From NCBI GenBank assembly GCA_016212665.1, contig JACREZ010000002.1, positions 15,509 to 79,508 on the forward strand: 64,000 nucleotides of DNA, in the 5' to 3' direction. A program made the translations under genes and the position numbers. A model generated the notes under the pieces. That model made no database searches. It saw only the letters and a list, made by a program, of their open reading frames with translations, and was not told the DNA's origin. The DNA comes from Ignavibacteriota bacterium (GTDB lineage Bacteria > Bacteroidota > Ignavibacteria > UBA10030 > SZUA-254). Each line of letters opens with the position of its first letter. Positions within the stretch are counted from its first letter, which is position 1. Positions 27,934 to 38,728 of the stretch are shown here, in pieces.

Positions 27934-28709
27934 TCCAACTTTTCCTTCTTCAAAAATGATTCAATTCCTTTTTTGAATTCTTCTGTCTTCCTTGTCATTG
28001 AGTTAAGATTCGCGGCAAATTCAAGCGCATCTTTGAAACTCAATTCGTTCAGCCGTGAAATCAATTCTTTCGTCAATGAAACAGCATTGGGGCTTGTCGT
28101 CTTTGCAAGCGTTGTTGCAAACGACATGACATGTTCTTTCAATTTTTCATCATCAACTATTTCTGTTGCAAGCCCTCGTTCTTTTGCAATCAAAGAATTT
28201 AGAACTTCACCTTGCAACACAAATTCTTTCGCACGCCCTTCCCCCATTCGTTTGATGAGAAAGGGTAAAATCAACGCGGGAACGAATCCAATTCGAACTT
28301 CAGGAACACCGAACTTCGCACGCTCTTTTCCGGCAAAAACATAATCACACGTGATGGCTAAGCCACAACCGCCACCAAGAGCAGAATCGTTCACCATTGC
28401 AACCACCGGTTTTTTGAGTGTGTAAATCAGTTGCAGAAGTTTCATCAACGCTTTTGCATCTTCAAGATTTTCTTCCTGCGTTTTTGCTGAAATCTGTTCA
28501 AGAAATTCCAGATCCATACCTGCGCAGAATGAGTTCTCCGCGCCGGTGAGAATAATAACACGACAATTTGCATTTCGCCCGAGCGCTTGGAAAGACTCTG
28601 TCAACTCACGAATCATCACATCGTTCAAAGCGTTGCGTCGTTCCGGGCGATTCATGGTGACGGTCGCTACTCGCTCATCGAGCGTGTAGAAAACCGTCGA
28701 AAAGTTCAT
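27927..28709 (-). CDS. Enoyl-CoA hydratase/isomerase (crotonase family)
   Basis: VATVTMNRPERRNAL...FCAGMDL oxyanion-hole motifs. Confidence 0.85.
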   Translation of the reverse strand: MNFSTVFYTLDERVATVTMNRPERRNALNDVMIRELTESFQALGRNANCRVIILTGAENSFCAGMDLEFLEQISAKTQEENLEDAKALMKLLQLIYTLKKPVVAMVNDSALGGGCGLAITCDYVFAGKERAKFGVPEVRIGFVPALILPFLIKRMGEGRAKEFVLQGEVLNSLIAKERGLATEIVDDEKLKEHVMSFATTLAKTTSPNAVSLTKELISRLNELSFKDALEFAANLNSMTRKTEEFKKGIESFLKKEKLEW

Positions 28710-28747
28710 GCGTATAATAACATTTTCCTTCGGGTTGTGGACACTTA

Positions 28748-29578
28748 TTATTTTCGATTGAGATGTTTTGACAATTCTTTCTTGAGAATTTCGAACGCCT
28801 CTTCGGGCGTGTCGGCAAAATGAAACAACTTCAAATCTTGCTTTGAGATTGTATGATATTTTACCATGAAATCAAAATTAAGAACCTGCTTCCAATACTT
28901 CGGACCGTACAAAACAACCGGCATTTTGGTTTTCACTTTCGTCGTCTGTATCAGTGTCAGTACCTCCATCATTTCATCCATCGTCCCAAAGCCGCCTGGG
29001 AACATCACCAACGCCTCTGCAAGCGACATGAACCAAAGTTTTCGCATGAAGAAATAATGAAACTCGAAATTCAAATTCTTTGAGATGTAGGGATTCGATT
29101 CCTGTTCGTGGGGTAAACTTATATTCAATCCGATTGATTTGCCTCCGGAAAGCAACGCTCCCTTGTTCGCTGCTTCCATTATTCCCGGTCCGCCGCCAGA
29201 ACAAATTACAAACCTGTGTCCATTCTCCAAGCCCAATGACCACTTTGTCAGCATCGTTGAAAGCCTGTACGCATCTTCATAGTAGCGAGACATTTCAACA
29301 TCAATCTCTGCTTCATGAATTTGCTTTACTATTTTTTTTGTTTGATTTGAACTGCCTTTGACTTTCTTTTTCAAGTTCCCCAAAATCTTTTTTGATTCAG
29401 TCAATGGTTTGATTCTTGCCGAACCAAAGAACACAATCGCTTCGTTAATTCCCTCCGCTTTGAAGCGACTTGCCGGCTCTAAAAATTCGGTGAGAATTCT
29501 GATAGAACGCGCTTCCGGTCCGACAAGAAATTCCATGTTTTTATATGCTTTAGGTGTGCGTATGCTTTTGCTTTTCAT
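28748..29578 (-). CDS. LOG-family (TIGR00730) Rossmann-fold nucleotide-binding protein / cytokinin riboside 5'-monophosphate phosphoribohydrolase-like
   Basis: VICSGGGPGIMEAANKGA and PGGFGTMDEMMEV motifs. Confidence 0.8.
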   Translation of the reverse strand: MKSKSIRTPKAYKNMEFLVGPEARSIRILTEFLEPASRFKAEGINEAIVFFGSARIKPLTESKKILGNLKKKVKGSSNQTKKIVKQIHEAEIDVEMSRYYEDAYRLSTMLTKWSLGLENGHRFVICSGGGPGIMEAANKGALLSGGKSIGLNISLPHEQESNPYISKNLNFEFHYFFMRKLWFMSLAEALVMFPGGFGTMDEMMEVLTLIQTTKVKTKMPVVLYGPKYWKQVLNFDFMVKYHTISKQDLKLFHFADTPEEAFEILKKELSKHLNRK

Positions 29579-29587
29579 TCTCTTTCC

Positions 29588-30322
29588 TTATGCGGAACGA
29601 CCGCCATCAATGGTAAAAGTTTGTCCGGTGATATATTCAGCAGTCGTTGCAAGATAGACAACCATACTTGTAATGTCAGTTGAGTTACCGTAACGCCTGA
29701 GTGGAATCGCTTGCACACTCACCTGACTTGTCGTTGATGCAACTTCATCCATCTCAATTGTTCCGGGTGCGATTGCATTAACATAAATATTCGGTGCAAG
29801 CGATTTTGCCAAGCACCGCGTCAACATAATGACGCCCGCTTTGGAAACGCTGTACGGCAAGTGCTTACTCCACGCTTGCAATCCACCAAGTGAAGCAATG
29901 TTAATAATGCGTCCCTCTTTTTGGTTGAGCATGAAAGGCGCAACCGCTTGTGAACAAAGAAATGTTCCTTTCAGATTTGTGTCAAGCGTCGAATCCCACA
30001 TCTCTTCAGAAATATTTTCCAATGTGCTTTCCACAAAAATTGCCGCATTATTTACCAATACGTCAATTCGTTTGAATTTCTTCATCGTTGAATCCACAAG
30101 TTTCTTCACTTGCTTTTTGTCTCGAACATCTGCTTTCAACGCGATTGCTTCTCGCCCTAATTTCTGAATTGATTGTATCGTCCGATTCGCACCTGTCCGC
30201 GATGAATTATATCCGATGGCTACATCGAATCCATGCTCAGCCAATGCAATCGCAATATGTTTCCCCAAACGCTTTCCACCCCCTGTTACAATTGCAACTT
30301 TTCTTGCTGGATGTTTCATCAT
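29588..30322 (-). CDS. SDR-family oxidoreductase (FabG/FolM-like)
   Basis: VAIVTGGGKRLGK (TGxxxGxG). NNAAIF. Catalytic YSVSKAG (YxxxK). Confidence 0.85.
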   Translation of the reverse strand: MMKHPARKVAIVTGGGKRLGKHIAIALAEHGFDVAIGYNSSRTGANRTIQSIQKLGREAIALKADVRDKKQVKKLVDSTMKKFKRIDVLVNNAAIFVESTLENISEEMWDSTLDTNLKGTFLCSQAVAPFMLNQKEGRIINIASLGGLQAWSKHLPYSVSKAGVIMLTRCLAKSLAPNIYVNAIAPGTIEMDEVASTTSQVSVQAIPLRRYGNSTDITSMVVYLATTAEYITGQTFTIDGGRSA

Positions 30323-31335
30323 TGAATATCGAACGGCAGTGTTGAAACCCGAACAGGAATTGATTCTTTAATTTGTTCGTTTTGAAACTGGAGAACATCA
30401 GATTCAACACTCGTTTTCAAATAACCGAGAGCAATGTGCTTTCTAAACTTCTCCGACCATGCATGACTCGTCGTCCAGCCAACTTCTTCTCCCTCGAAAA
30501 ATATCTTCCCGTTTGCTACCTTGTTTCTTCCCTCATCATCAAAAATAAATCCAACCAAACGCCGTTGCAGTTTCTTATACGTATCAATTCGTGCAACTAC
30601 TTCCTGACCGATGTAACAACCTTTCGTCCAACTGATGAATCGCTCCAATCCTGCTTCGAGCGGATTGATGTGTTCAGTCAACTCGAAACCGAACTTCGGA
30701 ACTCCGTTCTCAATCCGGTAAGACTCAAACGCATCCGATTCATTTCCTACAGTACCCAAGTAAGAAAATAGTTCACTGTTGACTTCACGCTTTTGATTAT
30801 GTCTCACCAAACAATGAACCATCCTCTCCCCCCATAATGAATCTTGAAAGGTAATTCCATCTTGTGCTTGTTCGGAAAATTTACTGACTATTTGCTCTGC
30901 CCGTTCTCCAACCACTGCAAAATGTTCATACTCACCAGTCACATTCCGAAGATGTACATCCTCTGTGAATAAAAACTTCTCTAACCATTTCAAAACAATT
31001 CCAGCATTAACAGATTGCAGTATCATAAGAAATTCTTCGTTCTTCCGAATCACGGTCGCAACGTCAACAACCTTGGCTTTCTCAGTTACTAATATTGTTG
31101 TCACAAATTGATGTTCGGAAATCGCCTTTAACTCATTGGTCGAAAGTCGTTGAAGAAAATCAAGCGAATCCTTTCCCCTGACTGAAAGTATTGCATTGGT
31201 ACATTGAATCAGCATGGCAGATTCAACCAACAAATGATATTCCTCAAACAATGTTGTGCTGGAAAAAGATGGCGAGCCACTTTGATTTTCCATAGCAGGC
31301 GGCACAGTGTTCTGTAATTCCACTGTGGAAATCAT
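30319..31335 (-). CDS. GcvT-fold folate-binding protein (YgfZ-like)
   Basis: The aminomethyltransferase-fold pattern (NAILSVRGKDSLDFLQRLSTNELK) and a C-terminal barrel; length is about 338 aa. Confidence 0.65.
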   Translation of the reverse strand: MISTVELQNTVPPAMENQSGSPSFSSTTLFEEYHLLVESAMLIQCTNAILSVRGKDSLDFLQRLSTNELKAISEHQFVTTILVTEKAKVVDVATVIRKNEEFLMILQSVNAGIVLKWLEKFLFTEDVHLRNVTGEYEHFAVVGERAEQIVSKFSEQAQDGITFQDSLWGERMVHCLVRHNQKREVNSELFSYLGTVGNESDAFESYRIENGVPKFGFELTEHINPLEAGLERFISWTKGCYIGQEVVARIDTYKKLQRRLVGFIFDDEGRNKVANGKIFFEGEEVGWTTSHAWSEKFRKHIALGYLKTSVESDVLQFQNEQIKESIPVRVSTLPFDIQ

Positions 31336-31366
31336 AAAGAAAGAAGGAAATCTCGGAGGGGAAAAG

Positions 31367-31439
<73 letters not shown>

Positions 31440-31446
31440 ATAGAAA

Positions 31447-31779
31447 CTATTTGCCTTGCTGTGCGGGGGGTGTGGCTTGCGGTGGCACCGGAGCCGGAAC
31501 AGATGTCGGTTGTCCTTGTTGAATAATACTTTCCACAGCACCTGCTGAACTATCAAGCACAAAGATATTAATGACTAAACACAACGCGAGAAAAACAACG
31601 GCAAGTACCGTCGTTGCTTTACTGAGAAAATCTGCCGCACGACGAGCGCCAAACATTGCCCCCATTTGCGAGCCGCCAAATGCGCCTGCAAGCCCGCTTC
31701 CTTTGCTTGCCTGCATTAAAACAACAATTATTAGTAAAAGAGAGACGATAATCTCAAGAATTGCAAGAATTGTAAACAT
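31447..31779 (-). CDS. secG: Preprotein translocase subunit SecG
   Basis: MFTILAILEIIVSLLLIIVVLMQASKGSGLAGAFGG is the canonical SecG N-terminus. Confidence 0.9.
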   Translation of the reverse strand: MFTILAILEIIVSLLLIIVVLMQASKGSGLAGAFGGSQMGAMFGARRAADFLSKATTVLAVVFLALCLVINIFVLDSSAGAVESIIQQGQPTSVPAPVPPQATPPAQQGK

Positions 31780-31864
31780 TATTTGATTCCACTATGATTA
31801 AACGGTTGACAAAATACGAAAAAATGAGGGAAGTACAAAACCATTTTGGCATTCGCATCTGAAT

Positions 31865-33133
31865 TCAATAAATCAAATACTGTTCTCTTATTTTCTTGAA
31901 TTCCTCTATTCCATTCTGATAAATACTCCAATCGGTCATCTTCCCCTGAAGAATCATTTTCCTTATTTCACTAACCCCTGCAAGTCTGTCAAATTGCTTC
32001 TCATCAATTGTGAGTTTGTCGGGATACATTTGCTGAAGAATAGTAAGCATCGCAACGGCTGTTTCAACCGGCTTAAACGATGTTCGGTCTGTCACTTTCA
32101 TAAACACTCCCTGACATTCCACATCCTTGTACTTAGGATTTGCCGCCGGAGCAGAATTATCGGCAGGCGTAAAGGTAATAGGTTCAAAAAGAATTCCTGG
32201 CAGATGAAGGGCATTCAAGGATGATGAAAACAATTCCTTATCAATCCATGGCGCACCGATAAATTCAAACGGATTTGATGTTCCCCGCCCTTCAGAGACA
32301 TTTGTTGCCTCGAACAAGCATGTCCCCGGGTAGACTATTGCAGTTGCCAGTGTTTTTATATTTGGCGATGGCGGAGTCCAGTGTAACATCCCCTGATTGT
32401 ACCACAATCCCCGTTCCCATCCTCTCATCGGAATAATACTCAGTTTAAGCGAATCAATTTTCCACCACTCGTATCGAATCATCCGCGCAATCTCCCCTAT
32501 GGTCAAACCGTGGCGAATCGGAATCGGGAAGATTCCGACAAATGACGAAAACGAAGTATCAAGCACCGGTCCTTCTACATCAACACCGTTAATCGGATTC
32601 GGTCGGTCAAAAACAATAAACTCCTTCTTTTGTTCAGCCGCTGCTTGCATTGCATACGCCATCGTACTTACATAAGTATAAAATCTCGCCCCGACATCCT
32701 GCATATCGAAAATGAGCACATCAACTTCTTCAAGCATTTCTTTCGTCGGCTTTTTATTTTTTCCATATAACGAATAAATCGGTATCCCAAGGAGCGGGTC
32801 AACTGTTGATTCAACTGACGTTCCGGCAGGCGCTTCTCCGCGGAATCCATGTTCCGGGCTAAACAATGCCGTTACATGAATTCCTTTCTCAACAAAATAA
32901 TCAACGATGTGAACACCATTCGATAGGAGCGATGTCTTGTTACAAACAATACCTACTCGCTTTTGTGAAACTATCATTGAATGTTTGAAATAAAACTCAT
33001 CAGCGCCTGTTTTAATCTGACGTGCCTGCTGGGAAAAGATGGAAGTACAAAGCGCTAAATACAAAAGACTTAGTACAAAAGCGTTTTTGACTATAACGGT
33101 AAATGATGGGAGTGATGTTTGAGTCTCGTTCAT
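31865..33133 (-). CDS. DUF1343 domain protein (NamZ-like exo-beta-N-acetylmuramidase family)
   Basis: N-terminal signal/TM. RVGIVCNKTSLLSNGVHIVDYF...LFSPEHGFRGE is typical of the DUF1343/YzbB family. Confidence 0.7.
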   Translation of the reverse strand: MNETQTSLPSFTVIVKNAFVLSLLYLALCTSIFSQQARQIKTGADEFYFKHSMIVSQKRVGIVCNKTSLLSNGVHIVDYFVEKGIHVTALFSPEHGFRGEAPAGTSVESTVDPLLGIPIYSLYGKNKKPTKEMLEEVDVLIFDMQDVGARFYTYVSTMAYAMQAAAEQKKEFIVFDRPNPINGVDVEGPVLDTSFSSFVGIFPIPIRHGLTIGEIARMIRYEWWKIDSLKLSIIPMRGWERGLWYNQGMLHWTPPSPNIKTLATAIVYPGTCLFEATNVSEGRGTSNPFEFIGAPWIDKELFSSSLNALHLPGILFEPITFTPADNSAPAANPKYKDVECQGVFMKVTDRTSFKPVETAVAMLTILQQMYPDKLTIDEKQFDRLAGVSEIRKMILQGKMTDWSIYQNGIEEFKKIREQYLIY

Positions 33134-33151
33134 AAATACAAGTATTCAGAT

Positions 33152-33838
33152 TTATTTCCAGAGTATTATTTCGTTAGAAGATTTCCTTTGAATATCCGGG
33201 ACATGAACTCCCTCGGCTTGGTAGCCAATTGGAAGAAGGAGAAATGGTCGTTCATTCTCAGGTCGTTTGAGTATTTTTTGCAAAAAATTCATCGGGTTTG
33301 GTGTGTGCGTAAGCGAAACCAAGCCTGCATTATGAATTGTTGCAAGTAAAAAACCTACGGCAATTCCAACAGATTCCTTCACGTAATAGTTCTTTTTGAG
33401 ATTATCATTTTCTTTTTCATACTCAATGGAAAAGACAACGATAAGAGCGGGAGCAATTTCTAAAAATTCTTTGTGCCAATCCGTTCCGAGCGCGGCTAAA
33501 TCATCGAGCCATTGTTTGGGCATCCGATGTTCATAACTTTCCCGCTCCTCTTTTTCTGCGGCGATGCGAATTTCTCTTTTCAACTCAGGTTCAGTAACAA
33601 CAACGAATCGCCACGGTTGCTTGTTTGCACCCGATGGAGCGGTTCCGGCTGTGCGTAACAAGGTTTCGAGCAATTCACGGGAAACAGGTTTGTCGGAAAA
33701 CTCTCGCACCGTGCGTCTCTTCTGACATAGTTCAAAGTAACTCTTCGCCCGTTCCAACTGTTCTTCTTCTGAAAACCGAAGAGCGTCATATCGAATAAAT
33801 GCTGGCATCACTCTGTAGAAATAAGAAACCCTATCCAA
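33152..33838 (-). CDS. Nitroreductase-family flavoprotein
   Basis: RRTVREFSDKPV...TAPSGANKQPWRFVVV FMN-binding motifs. Confidence 0.8.
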   Translation of the reverse strand: MDRVSYFYRVMPAFIRYDALRFSEEEQLERAKSYFELCQKRRTVREFSDKPVSRELLETLLRTAGTAPSGANKQPWRFVVVTEPELKREIRIAAEKEERESYEHRMPKQWLDDLAALGTDWHKEFLEIAPALIVVFSIEYEKENDNLKKNYYVKESVGIAVGFLLATIHNAGLVSLTHTPNPMNFLQKILKRPENERPFLLLPIGYQAEGVHVPDIQRKSSNEIILWK

Positions 33839-33913
33839 ACGGACAGGGCTTCATAATGAAAGAGATAATAATTAAGTCGTCAACCTACGGTTCGTAGAAT
33901 GATTCAATCGTCA

Positions 33914-35179
33914 TTATCTGTTTAAGTACACGTATAATTCCATTCCCGGTTTGAGGACATCACCCGGTTTCAGGATATTCCATTTCATAAGTTGCTCTTC
34001 CGTAACATTATGCTTTCGGCTGACCGATGCAATGTTATCACCGCTCTTACATGTATAAACCGTAAGTTCACCGGAATCTTCAATGCCTGTAGCGGCAGGT
34101 AGTCCTTCTTGAGAAGATAACGCTGTACCGCGTGATTGTTGCAAAATAGATTGCAAAACTTTTCTTGCTTCAGGTGAAATATCTGCATTTGCTTCTACAC
34201 CTGTCGGTTTGTATGAATCATCCACTTCTCCTCCTCCTCCTGTTGTCGGAACATCAGGTTCGGCGGCGTAGGTTTCTTCCGGTTGTTCTGCCATGCCACC
34301 GACTAATGCACTAATATCCTTCACAGAAGATTTGTTCACCACGTATAACTTCTGGTCGGTGGATGACTTTAATAAATATTGGTTTTTGAATTTGGGATGA
34401 TTGTAAAAATCAAGCCGCATCAATTCGTCCGTCATTAACTCAACATGTAATGCAGGCGAACCGGATAAAAACACAACAGTATCAATGAAACCTTCAGCAC
34501 GTAAGTACGAAAGTTGTTGCACGGCAGGTTTCATTCGCTTTGCAGGAACAGTGGCGCCGCCGGAAGTCCACTTCTTATCATCACGCTTGAACACTGCACG
34601 CTCTCCACCGGCGAGAACGGTAAGCATTTTCATCATTCGCGGTTCAACCCGAACAACTGTTTTCTGTCTCCAGTCGCTCAAACTTTTTCCGACAAGTGAT
34701 GGAACTAATCCTTTTGCAAGATAGACAGAACCTGAAGATGCAGGTCGAACATATGCCTGTCCTGATGTTTGTCCAAGTTTTCCGACAATGAGAGTCGTCT
34801 GCTGATTCCCATCAGTCGTAACCGTGACGGATGTTCCCTTATCATCAACTTCATACATCGCTTGCTTTTGTGGATTGGATGAAATTAAACCGAGTAAACT
34901 AAACTTCGCGAATCCTTCGAGTAAACCATAGATGGCTTCATCGTCCGCATACGTGTTGATGGGGTCGATAATTTTCCATCTGTCTTTAATTTTTTCGAAC
35001 CGGATATACTGTTTGTTTTTGTCTATCTCGATTTTGGTAATCTTCCCGATATCGAACGTCAGCGTAATGTCAGGCTTCTCATATGTTGATTCCTGACTCT
35101 CCTTCGGTTTGATATAAAAATACGCGACAACTAAAACAATGACTACAAGAAATAATAAAAAATAAGATGACCGTTTCAT
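33914..35179 (-). CDS. DUF4340-like membrane-anchored protein with a C-terminal LysM domain
   Basis: N-terminal TM MKRSSYFLLFLVVIVLVVAYFY. Positioned downstream of the gldG-like gene, as DUF4340 genes typically are. C-terminal LysM (YTCKSGDNIASVSRKHNVTEEQLMKWN). Confidence 0.6.
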   Translation of the reverse strand: MKRSSYFLLFLVVIVLVVAYFYIKPKESQESTYEKPDITLTFDIGKITKIEIDKNKQYIRFEKIKDRWKIIDPINTYADDEAIYGLLEGFAKFSLLGLISSNPQKQAMYEVDDKGTSVTVTTDGNQQTTLIVGKLGQTSGQAYVRPASSGSVYLAKGLVPSLVGKSLSDWRQKTVVRVEPRMMKMLTVLAGGERAVFKRDDKKWTSGGATVPAKRMKPAVQQLSYLRAEGFIDTVVFLSGSPALHVELMTDELMRLDFYNHPKFKNQYLLKSSTDQKLYVVNKSSVKDISALVGGMAEQPEETYAAEPDVPTTGGGGEVDDSYKPTGVEANADISPEARKVLQSILQQSRGTALSSQEGLPAATGIEDSGELTVYTCKSGDNIASVSRKHNVTEEQLMKWNILKPGDVLKPGMELYVYLNR

Positions 35180-35188
35180 ACAACCTCA

Positions 35189-37504
35189 TCAATAACTTTT
35201 GTGACGTTTACGACGCGCGGCATTCATCATCAGGCGTAAGAAGCCTATAAGAATGATAAGTGCCGGAGGCGCTGTGAAATTAAAATATTTAACAAATGTC
35301 TTCGTTCCTTCGCTAACATCGGTAAATTGTTTCGGCGAAGGGTCCCGCATCTTCATTGATGCAAGTTCAATATCATCAACAAGCCAATCTACAGCCGTTG
35401 ATGCAAATTCAATATTCTGCTGACCATACTGTGCCGCATCCAAGACAAAATCACCATCCCCGATAATGACAATTCTCGTATTCTGACTTCTCGCCGGAAT
35501 CGGGTCTTCATAATCCGCTTCATCTTCTTTGATGATTTTCAACTCAACTGCCCGATTGAGCGTGTACATACTCTTGAATTGTCCTTCAAGCGCGGCGGCA
35601 ACAGGAATATCCTCCAGCGTGAACATATCCTCAGGAAATATCTGAGCCGGGTCAGTATCAATTTGTTCACCTTCCATTCTTGTCGTTCTGTTTGATGTTG
35701 TTAGCAATGCATCACCGGATACTCCACGGATACTTGCAATCTTCGGGTCAACCGTACTTACAAATGTGAACGCTACGGGTTGCAGATTCTTAAATGCAAT
35801 ATTACTCTGATTGAATTTTCCAGTCAGAGGATAAAACGGATAAGCAACATCGGTCGGAAGTGCGGTTGCAAGTGTGTCCACTTTTGCCGTAATGGTTACA
35901 CACGTCGCATCAAGTAAGAGGTCCGTTCCGAGTGCGCAACCCCAATTTTCAATCATATCTCCAAGATTCAAATCAATAACACTTGAGCGATGAGTCAATG
36001 AATCAACAACAACTGTATTGATGAACATAGCTAATTTTCCGCCACGCATAACATAATTGTTCAATTGATATTTGTCTTTTTCACTGAAGCGATTTTTGGG
36101 CGACACAATCAATAAAATTGAAATATCTTCCGGAACGGCTTTGTTTCCGCCGGAAAGATTGACGGTACGAATTTGATATTGCTTGGAAAGTTCTTTCCGA
36201 AACGCATTCATTTTTTCGGGAGATGTTTCACCATGCCCGGTAAGGATTCCGATTTTATGTGCCTGAGGGACCAGCAATTTTTTCATGTTGCGGGTAATGT
36301 AATACTCAAGATGGTCAAGTTGTTCAACCACAGGCAAACGCTCGGATTTATCACCGTACGAAAAGACTAAACCGGCATATCCTTTTTGTGTTTGATACTG
36401 GTCGTCTTTGATAACTTTTGTTTGTACCGGTTCCATTCCTTCGGAAATGGCTTCTCGCTCTGCATCCGGGTCATCCGCAACGGGAATAAATTGATAGTGA
36501 AATGCCTGCGGAGAATGAGCACGAAACTCATCTAATTGTTCCTGAACGATACGCTTATGATTATGATATGGGGGCGGTAAGTTCGGAGTAAAATATGCTT
36601 TCACAAGGAAATTATCGTCAAGATAATTCAAGAGACTCTTCGTCGTCGGGGTCAAAGTATATAACTTCTCTCTGGTTAAATCTACACGATAAAAAATCCT
36701 GAATGATAAGAGATTGAAAAACACAAGGATAACAAGCACCAAACCGAGTTTTGGAACTTCCCGCTTCCAATCAAAACTTTTTAAGCGCCAGACATTTCGT
36801 ATGCTTTCTTTATGGGCAAACGAAGTTGCAAGCAGAAGCGAGAAAATCATTACCGTCAGGTAGTAAACAATGTCGCGGGAATCAAGCACACCACGCGCAA
36901 CGCTCGCATAATGATTGACAACTCCAAGATATTCCACAGCCGAAACTACATTCAACGGTAGGTATATCAGAATTTTATCTATCGTAAAGAGAATTAAGAT
37001 GATGACGAAACTGATGATGAACGAAACAATTTGGTTTTCACTCATCGCTGAACCCAACATGCCAATGGCAATGAATGCACCGCCGAGTAACATCAAACCA
37101 AAATAACCGCCGAATACAGGTCCGATATCAATATTACCGAGGAGCCAGACAGTAAAAAGATAGAGCAACGTTGGAAGTAAGGCAACCAAAATCAGAAACC
37201 ATGCTGCGAGGAATTTCCCCATGACAATTTCACCGACTTTGATTGGCTTCGTGTTGAGTGTTTCGTAGGTGCCTGATTTTCGTTCTTCTGCAATCAGCCG
37301 CATTGTTATCGCTGATGCAAAGAAGAGTAACAACCACGGAGTTGATTCAAATAACAACCGTAACGAAGCAACGTTTTCTAAGAAGAGATTGCTGACGAAA
37401 TACGAACCATTCAATAAAAGAAAAATGATGATGTAAATGTAAGCAACCGGAGAATCAAAATAAGAACGGAGTTCCTTTTTGAAAATGATATTTATGTGTT
37501 TCAT
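35189..37504 (-). CDS. Fused ABC-2 permease (GldF-like) and GldG-like auxiliary domain protein
   Basis: N-terminal 6-TM ABC-2 permease followed by a large extracytoplasmic GldG-type domain and a C-terminal TM/basic anchor (ALIILIGFLRLMMNAARRKRHKS). Confidence 0.7.
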   Translation of the reverse strand: MKHINIIFKKELRSYFDSPVAYIYIIIFLLLNGSYFVSNLFLENVASLRLLFESTPWLLLFFASAITMRLIAEERKSGTYETLNTKPIKVGEIVMGKFLAAWFLILVALLPTLLYLFTVWLLGNIDIGPVFGGYFGLMLLGGAFIAIGMLGSAMSENQIVSFIISFVIILILFTIDKILIYLPLNVVSAVEYLGVVNHYASVARGVLDSRDIVYYLTVMIFSLLLATSFAHKESIRNVWRLKSFDWKREVPKLGLVLVILVFFNLLSFRIFYRVDLTREKLYTLTPTTKSLLNYLDDNFLVKAYFTPNLPPPYHNHKRIVQEQLDEFRAHSPQAFHYQFIPVADDPDAEREAISEGMEPVQTKVIKDDQYQTQKGYAGLVFSYGDKSERLPVVEQLDHLEYYITRNMKKLLVPQAHKIGILTGHGETSPEKMNAFRKELSKQYQIRTVNLSGGNKAVPEDISILLIVSPKNRFSEKDKYQLNNYVMRGGKLAMFINTVVVDSLTHRSSVIDLNLGDMIENWGCALGTDLLLDATCVTITAKVDTLATALPTDVAYPFYPLTGKFNQSNIAFKNLQPVAFTFVSTVDPKIASIRGVSGDALLTTSNRTTRMEGEQIDTDPAQIFPEDMFTLEDIPVAAALEGQFKSMYTLNRAVELKIIKEDEADYEDPIPARSQNTRIVIIGDGDFVLDAAQYGQQNIEFASTAVDWLVDDIELASMKMRDPSPKQFTDVSEGTKTFVKYFNFTAPPALIILIGFLRLMMNAARRKRHKSY

Positions 37505-38466
37505 TGTTTCTCCTTTCCTACCGTTAGTTGGTGGAAAATATCTTCAATGCGGACAACTTGCTGTTGCAAACTTAACAAACTCCAATTCTTTTCTGAACAC
37601 AAATGAGTTAATTGCTTTCTCACTTCCGCGTTCTTTGTCGAATCAATATAAAAGCGGAAGATCTTTTCGCCGTCTGAGACAGTCGAAAGAGGCGAGACGG
37701 AAACTACATTCGGAATCTGTTCAATCATCCTCAAGGCAGAATCTAAAGTTACTCCTTCCGGTTTTTCTATTTCGATGGAGATAACATCTTTCCCGACAAA
37801 CTTTCGTTGCAGTTCAGAAATCGGAGCGTCTGCTAAAATCCGTCCTTTGCCAATGATGATAACACGATTACAGACTGCTTGAACTTCAGCAAGTGCGTGC
37901 GATGAAAGAATAACGGTTTTATCTTTTCCAAGATTAGAAAGAAATTTTCTGAACTCGATAACCTGATTCGGGTCAAGACCATTCGTCGGTTCGTCGAAGA
38001 CGATGACCTTCGGGTCTTGAATCAGCGCTTGCGCCAAGCCGACACGTTGACGATAGCCCTTCGATAACTGACCGATTTTCCGTTCTTTCATTTCATGTAA
38101 TTGAAATGTATCAAGAACATATTTGACTCGGCGCTTCATATCGCTTCTTGGAACATCCTGCAATTCTGCAATAAATTCAAGATAGTCAATGATATCCATG
38201 TCAAAATAGAGAGGGTTTTCTTCAGGCAAATACCCAATCATTTTTCTGGTTTCATGCGGATATTTTTTAATATCCTTCCCGCCAACCTCGACTGTTCCCG
38301 AGGTAGCAGACATGAATCCTGTGACAATACGAACCGTTGTGGTTTTTCCGGCTCCATTCGGACCCAATAAACCCACAACTTCCCCCGGTCGAATCTCGAA
38401 CGAAAGGTTCTCAATGGCTTTAACAGCGCCATAATACTTGGTAAGGTGTTTAACAACAACCGACAT
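37501..38466 (-). CDS. ABC transporter ATP-binding protein (GldA-like)
   Basis: Walker A GLLGPNGAGKTT. Signature LSKGYRQR. Walker B VIVFDEPTNGLD. Translationally coupled to the permease gene (4-nt overlap). Confidence 0.9.
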   Translation of the reverse strand: MSVVVKHLTKYYGAVKAIENLSFEIRPGEVVGLLGPNGAGKTTTVRIVTGFMSATSGTVEVGGKDIKKYPHETRKMIGYLPEENPLYFDMDIIDYLEFIAELQDVPRSDMKRRVKYVLDTFQLHEMKERKIGQLSKGYRQRVGLAQALIQDPKVIVFDEPTNGLDPNQVIEFRKFLSNLGKDKTVILSSHALAEVQAVCNRVIIIGKGRILADAPISELQRKFVGKDVISIEIEKPEGVTLDSALRMIEQIPNVVSVSPLSTVSDGEKIFRFYIDSTKNAEVRKQLTHLCSEKNWSLLSLQQQVVRIEDIFHQLTVGKEKQ

Positions 38467-38728
38467 TATGGACTCAATAGTTAATGAATATAATTTTTCG
38501 GGCTAAAGTTAAGATATTTTTTGGTAACAGTCAACTCTTTTTATATAAATTTGTTTGAAAAGTGAAATACACAACTTCTTTTGTTCCCATAGCCTTAGAT
38601 AATATATGAACTTTGGCTATATTGCTCTCAAAGAGTAAAAAAGACATGCAGTTCTTTTTTCGACATAAATCTTGAACGCACTCTCTTTTTTACATTATTT
38701 TGAACTTAACAAATCGAAAAGAACAACA

